Of a stretch of DNA of 64,000 nt, positions 36,132 to 53,004 are shown piece after piece (the stretch's first letter is position 1; every line of letters begins with the position of its first letter). The translations under genes were made by a program, and so were the position numbers. This stretch comes from the human T2T-CHM13v2.0 reference genome, Homo sapiens: the NCBI RefSeq assembly GCF_009914755.1, contig NC_060936.1; one strand, written 5' to 3'. The notes beneath the pieces were generated by a model. The model had not been told where the DNA came from. It did no database searches and saw nothing but the letters and a program-made list of their open reading frames with translations.

Positions 36132-37156
36132 TTGCCAGTTATTTCTGGAAGTGGTTTAAAAAAACACTTCAACAGGCATACGTTTTCATTGCCACTCTTC
36201 CCTTCCCCCCAAATTCTTGTGCTTTTCTTCTGAACCATTATCTTCTCCTTTTTTTTTCTTTTTTTTTAAATTTTATTATTACTATACTTTAAGTTTTAGG
36301 GTACATGTGCACAATGTGCAGGTTTGTTACATATGTGTACATGTGTCATGTTGGTGTGCTGCACCCATTAACTCATCATTTAGCATTAGGTTTATCTCCT
36401 AATGCTATCCCTCCCCGCTCCCCCGACCCCACAACAGTCCCCGGTGTGTGATGTTCCCCTTCCCGTGTCCATGTGTTCTCATTGTTCAGTTCCCACCTAT
36501 GAATGAGAACATGTGGTGTTTGGTTTTTTGTCCTTGCGATAGTTTGCTGAGAATGATGGTTTCCAGTTTCATCCATGTCCCTACAAAGGACATGAACTCA
36601 TCCTTTTTTATGGCTGCATAGTATTCCATGGTGTATATGTGCCACATTTTCTTAATCCAGTCTATCACTGTTGGACATTTGGGTTGGTTCCAAGTCTTTG
36701 CTATTGTGAATAGTGCTGCAATAAACATACGTGTGCATGTGTCTTTATAGCGGCATGATTTATAATCCTTTGGGTATATACCCAGTAATGGGATGGCTGG
36801 GTCAAATGGTATTTCTAGTTCTAGATCCCTGAGGAATCGCCACACTGACTTCCACAATGGTTGAACTAGTTTACAGTCCCACCAACAGTGTAAAAGTGTT
36901 CCTATTTCTCCACATCCTCTCCAGCACCTGTTGTTTCCTGACTTTTTAATGATCACCATTCTAACTGGTGTGAGATGGTATCTCCTTGTGGTTTTCATTT
37001 GCATTTCTCTGATGGTCAGTGATGATGAGCATTTTTTTCATGTGTCTTTTGGCTGCATAAATGTCTTCTTTTGAGAAGTGTCTGTTCATATCCTTCGCCC
37101 ACTTTTTGATGGGGTTGTTTGTTTTTTTCTTGTAAATTTGTTTGAGTTCATTGTAG

Positions 37157-39936
<2,780 letters not shown>

Positions 39937-40373
39937 CTTTTCTTTCTTTTACGTGGTTGTTCTGGGTACCACTTCCAGTACTGCATTGAATAAGAGTGAT
40001 GAGAGTGAGCATCCTTGTCTCATTTCAGTTTTCAATGGGAATGCTTCCAGCTTTTTCCCATTCAGTAAAATGTTGGTTGTGGATTTGTCATAGATGACTC
40101 TTATTACTTTGAAGTATGTTCCTTTAATGCCTAGTTTGTTGAGGGTTTTGTTGAAAGCTTTTTCTGCATCTATTAAGATGATAATGTGTTTTTGCCTTTA
40201 GTTCTGTTTATGTGATAAATCACATTTATTGATTTGTGCATGTTGAAGCAACCTTGCATCCCGGGGATAAAGCCTACTTGACTGTGGTGGATTAGCTTTT
40301 TGATGGGCTGCTGCATTTGGTTTGCTAGTATTTTGTTGAGGACTTTTGCATCTACATTCATCAAGAATATTGG

Positions 40374-40638
40374 GGCTGGGTGCGGTGGCTCATGCCTATA
40401 ATCCCTGCACTTTGGGAGGCCGGGACAGGTGGATCACCTGAGGTCGGGAGTTCGAGACCAGCCTGACCAACATGGAGAAATCTCGTCTCTACTAAAAGTA
40501 TAAAATTAGCTGGGTGTGGTAGTGCATGCCTGTAATCCCAGCTACTTGGGAGAGTCATGAACCCAGGAGGGGAGGTTGCAGTGAGCTGAGATTGTGCCAT
40601 TGCACTCCAGCTTGGGCAACAAGAATGAAACTCCGTCT

Positions 40639-40669
<31 letters not shown>
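40374..40669 (+). mobile_element. AluSp-like
   Basis: gaggtcgggagttcgagaccagcctgaccaacatggagaaa; long A tail. Confidence 0.92.
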
Positions 40670-40672
<3 letters not shown>

Positions 40673-41520
40673 GCCTGAAGTTTTCTTGTTTCGTTGTGTC
40701 TTTGTCAGATTTTGGTATCAGGATGATGATGCTGGCCTCATAGAATGAGTTAGAGAGGATTCTCTCCTCCTCAATTTTTTGGAATAGTTTCAGTAGGAAT
40801 GGTACCAACTCTTCTTTGTACATCTGGTAGAATTCAGCTATGAATCTGTCTGGTCCAGTGCTTTTTCTGGTTGGTGGGCTTTTTATTATTGATTCAATTT
40901 TGGAACCCATTATTGGTCTATTGAGGAATTCAATTTCTTCCTGCTTCCATCTTGGGAGGTTGTATGTTTCCAGGAACTCATCCATTTCTTCTAGGTTTTT
41001 TAGTTTGTGTATATTGAGGTGTTCATAGTAGTCTCTGAGAGGTTTCTATATTTCTGTGGGGTCAGTGGTAGTGTTCTCTTTGTATTTCTCATTGTGTTTG
41101 TTTGAAGAACGCTCTTATTTGCTTTATTAGTCTAACTAGTCTTCTATCAATCTGATTTTTTCTTGCAAAGAGCAAACTCCCGAATTTGATCATCTTGTAT
41201 GTTTTTTTTGCATCTCAATTCCCTTCGGTTCAGCTCCGATTTGGTTATTTCTTTTCTCCTGCTAGCTTTGGGATTTGTTTGCTCTTGTTTTTCTAGTTCC
41301 TGTAGGTATGATGTTATGTTTTTAATATGAGATCTTTCTAATGTTTCGCTGTGTGTTTAGCACTATAAACTTTTCTCTTAACATGGCTTTAGCTGTGTCC
41401 CTGAGAGTCAGATATGTTGTGTTTTTGTTCTCTTTAGTTTTACAGGGTTTCTTTATTTTTACCTTAATTTCATTGTTTATCCAAAGTCAATCAAGAACAG
41501 GTTGTTTAACTTACATGTAA

Positions 41521-41852
<332 letters not shown>

Positions 41853-43989
41853 GACCAATTTTCTTAGTGTTGATTTCTATTTTTATTGCCCTGTGGTCTG
41901 AGAGTGTGTTTGGTATGATTTTTTAATTTTGCTGATGATCACTTTATGGACAATTCTGTGGTCAATTTTAGAGTATAAGCCACATGCAGATGAGAAGAAT
42001 GTATATTTTGTTGGTTTTGGGTGGTGAGTTCTGTAGATATCTATTAGGCCCATTTGGTCAAATGTCAAGTTGAGGTCCTGTATTTCTTTTTAGCCTTCTG
42101 CCTCAATAACCTGTTTAATACTGTCAGTGGGGTGTTGAAGTCTCTCAGTATTATTATGTGGTTATCTAAATCTCTTCATAGGTCTCTAAGAACTTGTTTT
42201 ATGATTCTGGGTACTCCTGGGCTGGGTGCATATATGTTTAGGATACTTAGGTCTTATTATTGAATTGAACTCTTTACCATTATGTAATGCTCTTTTCATC
42301 TTTTTTTGATCATTATTGGTTTAAAGTCTATTTCATCTGAAATTAGAATAGCAACCTCTGCTTTTTTCTGTTTACTGTTTGCTTGGTAGGTTTCTCTCCA
42401 TCCTTTTACTTTAAGCTTATGGTGTCATTGCATGTGAGATGGATCTCTTAAAGACAGCGTAGAGTTGGGTTTTGCTTCTTTATCCAACTTGCCACTCTGT
42501 GTCTTTTAACTGGGACATTTAGCCAACTTACGTTTAAGGTCAATATTGACGTGTAGATTTGATGCTGCTATCTTATTGTTAGCTGGTTACTATGCAGACT
42601 TGATTGTATGGTTGCTTTGGTTGCATTATAGTGTCAGTGGTCTCTGTACTTAAGTGTGTTTTTGTAGTGGCTGGTGAAGGTCTTTTGTTTTCAGATTTAG
42701 CACCTTCTTAGGTACCTCTTGTAAGGCAATGGTAATGAATCCCCTTGACATTTGCTTCTCTGAAAATGATCTTATTTCTCCTTCGCTCATGAAGCTTAAT
42801 TTGTCGGTTTATGAAATTCTTAGTTGTAATTTCTTTTTTTAAGGAATGCTGAGTATAGGCCCCCAATCTCTTCTGGCTTGTAGAGATTCTGCAGAAAAAT
42901 CCACGGTTAACCTGATGTATTTCCCGTCGCAGGTGACCTGCCTCTTCTCTCTAGGTGCCTTTAATATTTTTTCTTTCATGTTTACCTTGGATAATCTGAT
43001 GATTATGTGTCTTGGAGATGGTCATTTCTCTGCATTTCCTGAATTTGAATGTTGGTCTCTCTGTCGAGGCTGGGGAAATTTTCCTGGATGATATCCTCAA
43101 ATACGTTTTCCAAGTTGTTTGTTTTCTCTTCCTCTCTTTCAGGGATGCCAGTGAGTCATAGGTTTTCTCTCTTTACATAATCCCATATTTCTTGTAGTTT
43201 TTGTTTATTCTTCTTTATACCTTTTTTCTGACAGTTATTTTTGAGAATCAGTCTTCAAGCTCTAAGATTCTTTCCTCAGGTTGGTCTGTTCTGCTGTTAA
43301 TACTTGTGATTGTATTATATAATTTCTGTAATGCGTTTTTTGGCTCTATTAGATCAGTTTGGTTTTTTCTTATAAAAGCCATTTCATTTTTCAGCTCCTG
43401 GATTGTTTTACTGCAATCCTTAGATTCCTTGAATTGGGTTTTGACTTTCTCCCCAGTCTTGATGATATTCAATCCTATTTATATTCTGAATTCTGGCTCT
43501 GTCATTTCATCCATTTCAATCTGTTAAAGAACCCTTGCTGGGGAACCAGTGCCATCATTTGGAGGAAAGAAGACACTCTTGTCTTTTTGAGTTGCCAGAG
43601 TTCTCGCACTGGTTCTTTCTCATCTGGGCTGAAGTTCCTTTATCTGTGCTGTAATTTGAGTACAGTCAGTTTTCTGGATGTTTTCAGAGGGCCGAGGCTT
43701 TGTGCAGGGTCTTTATTTGTATTAACAGGTGAATTCTTATCTTTGGTTTCACAGGAGGATGTATTAGCAAAACGTTTTTGGTGTTGAAATTTGGGCTGTG
43801 ATCCAGCAGATGGCGCTTAAGTGTAATGGCCAATTAGGTAGGCTCTTGCTCAGCCATGTGGGTCCTCTGTATTTCCTTGTGTTTGTAGTTGTACTCCCTC
43901 TCAGCACTCCCAATGTTTGGGCTCCTCTACTCCTCGATTCTGGCTGCAGATCTCGGCTTGCCACTCCCGGGCTGCACACTGAAGTCCTG

Positions 43990-44900
43990 AGCCGAGCTCA
44001 GGCTTTATGTTCCCTCCACAGCTTGGAGGAAGCAGGGGAAGGGATCTTGGCGGTGGCTGTGGAAGAGGTCCTTTCACTTGTCTCTTGGGGATCCATCCCA
44101 GAGAAATGCCGAGCCGCTCCCAATCAGCGGGATTGGCCGAGGGTGAGGTGGCTGGGTTGTGGGCCTAAGCCAAGGGGCCCGGCCTGGTGGTGAACAGGGG
44201 GGCCGATGGCTCACAGGAGAGACAGACTGGCCTCTTCTCCTTAGGACGGCTGTGGTGTGCTGGAAGTGTGGGTAAAGCACTCAGGGTTTTTGTTCCTTTC
44301 CCAATCTGAAGGCAGCAAGGGCAGGACCGCTGCGGTGGCAGTGAGAGACGGGCTTCTGGTTGTCTCTGGGAGCTCTCTATCTTGGAGATGCGCAGAGCTG
44401 CTGCTAATGGGAATGTTCAGCCAGGGGGTGAGACGGCTGCGCTGCTGGCCTGAGCCGGCCCTGCTTGGTGAAGAGTGGGGGCCGAGGGCTAACAGGAAAG
44501 GAGACTGGGCCCCTCTCTCTGCGGTGACTGTGGCGTGCTGGAGGCGCCAGTAAAATTTCCAGGCTCTGTTCCTTCTCCAGTCCAAGGGCAGCAAGGGCAG
44601 AACCGATGCAGTGGCTGCGACAGAGGGGCTGTCGGTTGCCTTTGGGACCGCCCCCCCTCTCCAGGGAAACTCAGAGCCCCCAGCAAAATGGGTGTGCTCA
44701 GCCGGGGGTGGGGCGGCTGCTCTGTGGTCCAGAGCTGGGGGCCCTGCCTGGTGAAGAGTGGGGGTGGGGGCTCTCAGGGAAGAGAGACTGGGCTTCTCTC
44801 TGCATGGTGGCTGCCATGCGCTCGCTCGAGGTTCCAGAGTAGCGAGCAGGCCCTTTGTTCCTTCCCTAGTTCAGGCTGGTCGTGCGGGGGCCCAGGTTGG
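43990..44900 (-). repeat. Degenerate ~283-bp tandem units in the L1 5'UTR
   Basis: ccc(t/g)gc(c/t)tggtg...gagactgg...tgttcct recurs at about 44178, 44459 and 44742, with a partial unit from about 43990. Confidence 0.75.
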
Positions 44901-45189
44901 GAGGCCCTGCCCAGTGAGGAGGAGCAAGGGCTGTCACCCCATGGAAAACAGTCTGGCAGCTTTTCCACGAAGCGCTGCTGTGCTGGAGGCCTGTCTTAGT
45001 TCCTAATCACAGCTTCCCTCAGGAACCTGGGGGGCAACAGGAGAGAGGATGGCAGAGCAGCAAAAATGGTGGCCTGCCTGCATCCTCTAGGAGCCGTGGC
45101 CCAGGGAAGTGGAGAGTTGCCCCCCACCTAAGAGTTAGGCGGGGCTGGCTGCGCTAGGGTCCCAGGCCAGTGGGTCTTGTCCAGTGAGG

Positions 45190-45281
45190 TGCAGTGGTGC
45201 GAGGCTCAAACTCCTGGGCTCACACAATTCTCCTGCCTCGGCCTAAGTGCTGGGATTACAGGCATTAGCCACTGCGCACTC
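45190..45281 (-). mobile_element. Deleted Alu fragment abutting the L1 5'UTR
   Basis: ctcaaactcctgggctc...gtgctgggattacaggc. Confidence 0.8.
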
Positions 45282-45503
45282 TACCTTTTTTTTTTTTTTT
45301 TCTTATTTTTTCTTCCAAACAGGATTTTGAGAGCCAAAAGAAAGGAACTGAAAGAATCTAGGCACATTATACTATAGCTATATAATTAGCAAGAAACTTG
45401 AGGAAGAATGAGATTGCCTCATCTGTGGCCTTGGGGAGAGGAGAGGAGGACATCTGGGTTATGGGATTAGAGTTTACAGGAGATTAGAGTTATGGGGTGA
45501 TAA

Positions 45504-45515
45504 GCCCTCTGCTGG
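45504..45515 (-). promoter_or_regulatory. Candidate CTCF site with adjacent GATA motif
   Basis: Reverse complement CCAGCAGAGGGC matches the CTCF core; TGATAA at 45498-45503. Confidence 0.35.
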
Positions 45516-48010
45516 AGGGTGGAGAGAAATGAGGTGGGTATCAGGAACCTGGTGAGTTTCACTGGTGGCTGTCCTGAGGCAGCAAATGGGAGCCAAGCTG
45601 AAGCTTATAGAGAATTCACCCATCAAAGGTGGACCATGTGCCATGTGTGGATTGTGCAGTGGGCCACCTGCCCACACACCAACACTGACAAGCTCTATCA
45701 AAATTGTCCAGTCTGTACATTTCAAGAGTTCAGTGTACTTCTCTTCCTGTTTTTCCCCTCTTCTCTTCAAATGCAAGGAAAGGGTAATCTTAAGATTCAG
45801 AAGAGTGATTTGTTTTTCCCCGCGTAGTGAGCAGTTTTCTCGCCCCCAACTAATAAACCATCTATTCTTTTCCCATTAAGCAATATATATCACATAAAAA
45901 TTTCATTTAGAAATGAGCCTGTCTCTGGCAGATTCACCATTTTAATAAGAGGCCCTAAACTTTTCCATGCTTTCCATGAAAGCTAAAGGTCATTAGCACA
46001 GAAGGAAAAGAAAGAGCTGTGAAACATATCCATACTCTGTCAATGACCTGAGGTGGGGTAGGCAACTGCAACTGCAAGACTCATCAATTGAACATATGTA
46101 GGTTTTTAGTATCTAGTAGATTACACAAAACACATACAGGACTTTGTAAATTTGAAGGGAGAAGGTTGGAGAATATGGCAAAGGAGGATCATATCCGTAC
46201 TAGTCAGCTAGGAAAAACAAGCTGGGAAAAAATGAGAACAGAGTAGATGAATTGCATAGGAATTTCTGAAATATTCTAAGAATGCCATGGATTAAATAGG
46301 ATTTTATGAACTTGCCTGGGAAGCTAATGATCGTTTCTATGAGAAAATGTATTTCACTTTTCAACTCAGGATATCTGGAACATATCTCTCTTTGTCACAG
46401 TTCCAGAAGAATTCCCAGGAATTTAGCTTTCCCTTTACTCTAATCTCAGAAGGAGCTATACCCTCTTTGAAGCTCCATAGAGAGAAATAGGAACAAACTT
46501 ACCCAAAACACACGGTGGGTATGAGTGCTGATTTTTATCCCCATGGAGAAAGGGAATTTTACAGCAATGAGCATAGGGTCTCTGGTGAAAGGTCATATCC
46601 ATACATATCTTTATAGAAAAAAAAAAAGAAGGCTTGGAAATAGTGAGAACAAAGCCCAGAGCCCAGGGCTTGGTGGGAAAGCAGGCCCTGGCTCCCCTTC
46701 CTGCATGTGAGTTTTGACTTCTTCCTGTGCTGGTCAGGGCTGCAAATGGCTGATAATATCACTGAAGCCTGGACTATCTTCAAAGCCCGACTGGCACAAA
46801 ATGACATATTAATGTAGTATCTCATTTCCTTTGCATTCTGGGGACAAGTGGGATTGGCTCGATGCCCAGGGATATCCTGTGAACTCATGGAATAGGACTG
46901 GGCTAAGCCTGGCTAGCACCTGACAGATCCTGTCTATGGAACTAGGGACATTTTTTCTCACTGCTTCAATTGGTTGGAACATAAAACTAAGATGGCATTT
47001 GATCTGTCTTGCAAAGATTTGGTTCAGAAAAATCTTACAAATATGCTGATAGTAACTAAAATTTTCTCTGTATCTGTTGCTTAGATGCAATAATTATGTG
47101 TTGAAAATTGTATATATATCATATTTATATACTTTAGCACCTAGAAATGGAAGTATTTAGTGTTATGGAAAAACAGATGGATAGATGAATAAGCTCTCTC
47201 TCTCCTCTATTTTTCTTTCCCCATTTTATACTTTTTAAAAGTTAATTTAATAGGTAGATTAAAGACATCTTTAAATGACTGTAAAAATAAAGTTCATGTT
47301 TAGACAAATTTCCCAGTTGGAATTCTCTGTTTAAAACACTCTGTTTTCATGACCTGCACTGTTTATTTTACATTCAGAGATGTGAGCACATGGGAACCAT
47401 TTGCAGAAAATGTCTCTGTTTACTTCTAAAACTGATATAATAGAGAAGCAGTGGGTAGAGGTTCAACCAGCTGACTTTCTAAAGCTAGCTGTATAATCTT
47501 TCTTTTTATTACTACTGACATGCATTTATGAAAAGAAAATGGAAGTTACGGAGTGTAATGAAGAGATAAATTCAGGCTATCTCTGAAAGTCTATGTAACA
47601 CCCAGAATTTACAGAAATAAGGAAGTTCATAGTGATCCTTTGTGGTTGAAGTCTGGTAAGAAATGCTCAATGCCATTTTACCTCTTTGGACTGACAAATA
47701 ATAATTGATTATAAAATAAAATGGACAGTCCCAGTTTGGACTGTCAGCACATCTACTACCAACAGTAGATTGCAAGAGCCTTCCAACTCATCTCTCTACA
47801 CTCAATTTCTCCCCCCACACTCAATCCATCCTACAGCCTGCTGCCAGAGTGATCTTTAACACTGACCATAGCTTTCCCTGTCTTAAAATGTTGTAATGTT
47901 TTTTCCCTGTTGGTTTTGGGAGAGGTGAAAACTTGAGGTCTGTTGGTTAAAACAAGCTGAAGCTAGTTTACTTAAAAAATGTATATATGTGTGCGTAGTT
48001 TACTTAAAAA

Positions 48011-48012
<2 letters not shown>

Positions 48013-48043
<31 letters not shown>
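48013..48043. repeat. (TG)n microsatellite
   Basis: Visible directly in the sequence. Confidence 0.95.
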
Positions 48044-48047
<4 letters not shown>

Positions 48048-48807
48048 CACACAGACACACTTTTTCCTCCATAAACTGTGAGCCTGGAAAAACATGTAAT
48101 AGTTGCCAACTGGGAAATTTGACAGGAAATCTAGATAGCCTGCTCTTATTAAAAACAAACAAACAAACAAAAAACCCAGAAGCTCTGGTAATGCCAGCCT
48201 TACATTTTTGCATAAGAATAATTACATTGTTCTCTTTGGAAGGACATGATTTCCCCTGTTTTTCACAGGATTCTATACTTTCTATTCTTCTTCTCATTCA
48301 TATGATCTCATTTTGCTAATTTCCATGATCTATTTGGTATTTACAGGTATTTAAGTGTTTAACTCTTGGACTGTGGGCTCAAGTCCAGGTCCTTAGATTT
48401 GTGTATAAGAACCATCTGGTTTACATTAACTTTTTAAGGCTCATTTCTCACATCTTCTCCTCTTTAATTTTATTCTCCAAAAATAAGGTTGTCCTAATAC
48501 ACTATGTGATTTTTACTATTTCTAGGTCTTTCTATCTATCTGAAAAGGCTTCTCTATTTCCTAAATTATTTCTTCCCTCTTGAATGTGTTTCCTGATTTC
48601 CTTAGTGTTAGACATTCTTTCTTGGTATATATTTCTTGATACTAAAAATACTGTACTTTCATTATTGATTGTATTACTCTATATTTTACTTATTTGTATA
48701 AAATAAGGAGACACTTTCTTTTATATGAGCAGCAGGTGTAAAATTTCTTGTGGGGAAATCCAAGCCTTTGAAGAGGAGTAGCTTTGACCAGCTTGTTCAG
48801 GAGCTGA

Positions 48808-49290
<483 letters not shown>

Positions 49291-49606
49291 ACAAGAACTT
49301 TCAAATGGAGGATTTTAAAAGTAAACACCACCAGAAGAAGCATTAGTTGAAAAGCATTAAAAGAGACTGACCCTGGAGAATGGAGTAGGAATAGAAAGCA
49401 GGTAGGGTGAGGCAATTGCTTTTCACTGTAAGCTGTTTATAGTTTTTGAATTTCAAAACTCAAGTGCATGTAATAGTTTGATAAGTGATTTAAACATTAC
49501 TTTTAGGAAAACCTAAATGTAACAATTCATTGCGTGTAATGTGAAACATGTGCATGGTGTAATAAATCACCAAATTTGGAGTGATTGTTTTTTTCACGAA
49601 AACCAG

Positions 49607-49665
49607 TGAAGAAGCTGATATCTGAGGACTGGCTGATGTGAGACCAGAAGTGTCAGCTTGTGAAG
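49607..49665 (+). other. Candidate 59-nt exon (probably non-coding if real)
   Basis: ttttttcacgaaaaccag|TGAAGAAG...GTGAAG|gtacga. Confidence 0.2.
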
Positions 49666-49732
49666 GTACGAAAGCAGCTAATATCTTAGCCACATTTGTA
49701 TTTTTCTAAATGCACTCTTAAAAAAATTATCA

Positions 49733-50121
<389 letters not shown>

Positions 50122-50272
50122 TTAAAGAATCACATTCCCTCTCACCCCCTCTGCGACTGTTTTCCAGCTACAGTCTCATCCTCTAGGGTCAACTTCTTTT
50201 AATTCTTTCAAACTTACTCTATATTGAGCTCTTCTGGTTAACTTTATATCTCCAAATAATATGCTAAGGTTA

Positions 50273-51135
<863 letters not shown>

Positions 51136-51412
51136 ACTATTTCTTGATTTATTGGCTTGAGGGTTTATCTCTTACTGCTGTGCTAGATTGATTTAGTGTC
51201 CTTATAGATATTTTTTATTAGTCTATTGTACCTTCTTGTAGAGTGTTCTTTCATCTTTCTGTTTTCTATTATCTTTTTTTGTGACTACACCTGATAGGAT
51301 GTTTGACTTCTTGAATTGATCTGAAATGTTTCTTGTTTTTTTCTCTACATTTTTTTTGTTTTTTTCTATGGAAGATTTTCTCAACTTTATTTTCCAATTC
51401 TTCTATTGACTA

Positions 51413-52230
51413 TTGTGGTAGGCTAAATAATGGCACCCAAAGGTATCTATTCTTAATCCCTGGAACCCATAAATATTACCTTATATGGCAAAAGGGAGAC
51501 TACTCCCTTATAAAGCAAAAGGTGTGATTAAATTAAGGACTATGAGATGGAGAGATTACCCTGGATTATCCAGGTGGGCCTAAGGCAATCACAAGTATCC
51601 ATAGAAGAGAAGGCCATATTATGAAAGTGCTATAATTTGGATATGGTTTATCCTCACCAAAACTAATATTGAAATTTGATTCCCAATGTGGTGGTACTGG
51701 AGGCGGGGCCTAGTGGGAGGTATTTGGGTCATGAGGGTGGATCCCTCATGAATGGGTTGGTGCTGTTCTCACAGCAGTGAGTTCTTGTTCTGATGAGACT
51801 GGATTAGTTCTCTTGAGAATTGATTAGTTCCCTCAGGAGCAAGTTGTTATATTATAAAGTGAGGTTCCTCCTCCTGTTTGGTCCTCTCTCTTTGCATGTG
51901 TTAACTTCTGCTTTGGCCTTCTCTGCCGTGTTATGATGCAGCATAAAAGAAGCACTTCTGGCTTTGTCAGAAACCAAGGCCATACCCTTGAACTTCCCAG
52001 CCTGCAGAATCACAAGCTAAATACACCTTTTTTCTTTATATATTATCCAGTCTCAGGTATTCTGTTATAGCAACACAAAATGGATTAAGACACTTGCTGA
52101 ACCTTAATTTTAGCTCAGCGATACTGATTTTAAACTTTGGGCCTCTAGAACTATGAGAGAATAAACTTCCATCATTTTAAATCATCAAGATTGTGGTAAT
52201 ATATTACACAAGCCATAGGAAACTGTTATA
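51413..52230 (+). mobile_element. MLT1C/D-like LTR with nested MST-type LTR (51628-52092)
   Basis: tgtggtaggctaaataatggc...ctggattatccaggtgggcc; inner tgctataatttgg...ggattaagaca. Confidence 0.8.
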
Positions 52231-53004
52231 GATGGCAAAAGAACACATGAAAAGATACTCAACATTGTTACTCTTGGGAGAAGTGCAAATTAAAACCACA
52301 ATGAGATATCACTTTACATCTATTCGAATGGCTAACATTGAAAAAATAAACTGAACAGTGTTCATCATATACTATTTTTAAATGAAAATGGGATATGCAA
52401 ACATATTTTCTTATATTTGCATGAAAATTCTAGAATAATAGTCAAGAAATTAATAAGAAGTGTTACCTTTGGGGTGGAAGTGGGTGGGAAACAGGGAGAG
52501 AGAGAGTTTGACTTTTTATATTATTTTATTTTTAAATTCTGAACATGTGCACATATTTGATTTCTTAAAAATGAAGACTTACACAATAGAAAATTAGTTC
52601 TGGGTGCCTGTGAGTGAGGCTTTTTGACCGGTAGGTTTCATATTAAAGGGCATGGCCAGCGAGACTGCTGCTAAGCTGGGGGATCCCTAAGTTCCAGAAG
52701 AGATTTGTTGAGGGGCAACAACATTGACATTGTCTATTCTGGTTCTTCCCAGATGGTTCAGTCTTATTTCACTGGAGATAAGTCAGTCTTTCTCCTGGTG
52801 GTGGAGGTGTGGGGGTTGTGTGACTGCTAAACGTTCTGGTCAAGGAGGTAGGGACAAAGAGAAAACCAACGTATGCACTGTCAGCCAATTCCAGCGTCCA
52901 GCCCTGTCTCTTTCTCTCACCCTCCATGGTAATCAGTGTTTCTGAGTTTGTAGACCTTCTGGGGGCTCTGCTGGGCAGACCTTCCATCCTTATCCTTAGC
53001 CCTC

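Noticed and set aside
43798-45006. Cluster of overlapping GC-rich ORFs
   Set aside because: Expected from low stop frequency in the GC-rich L1 5'UTR
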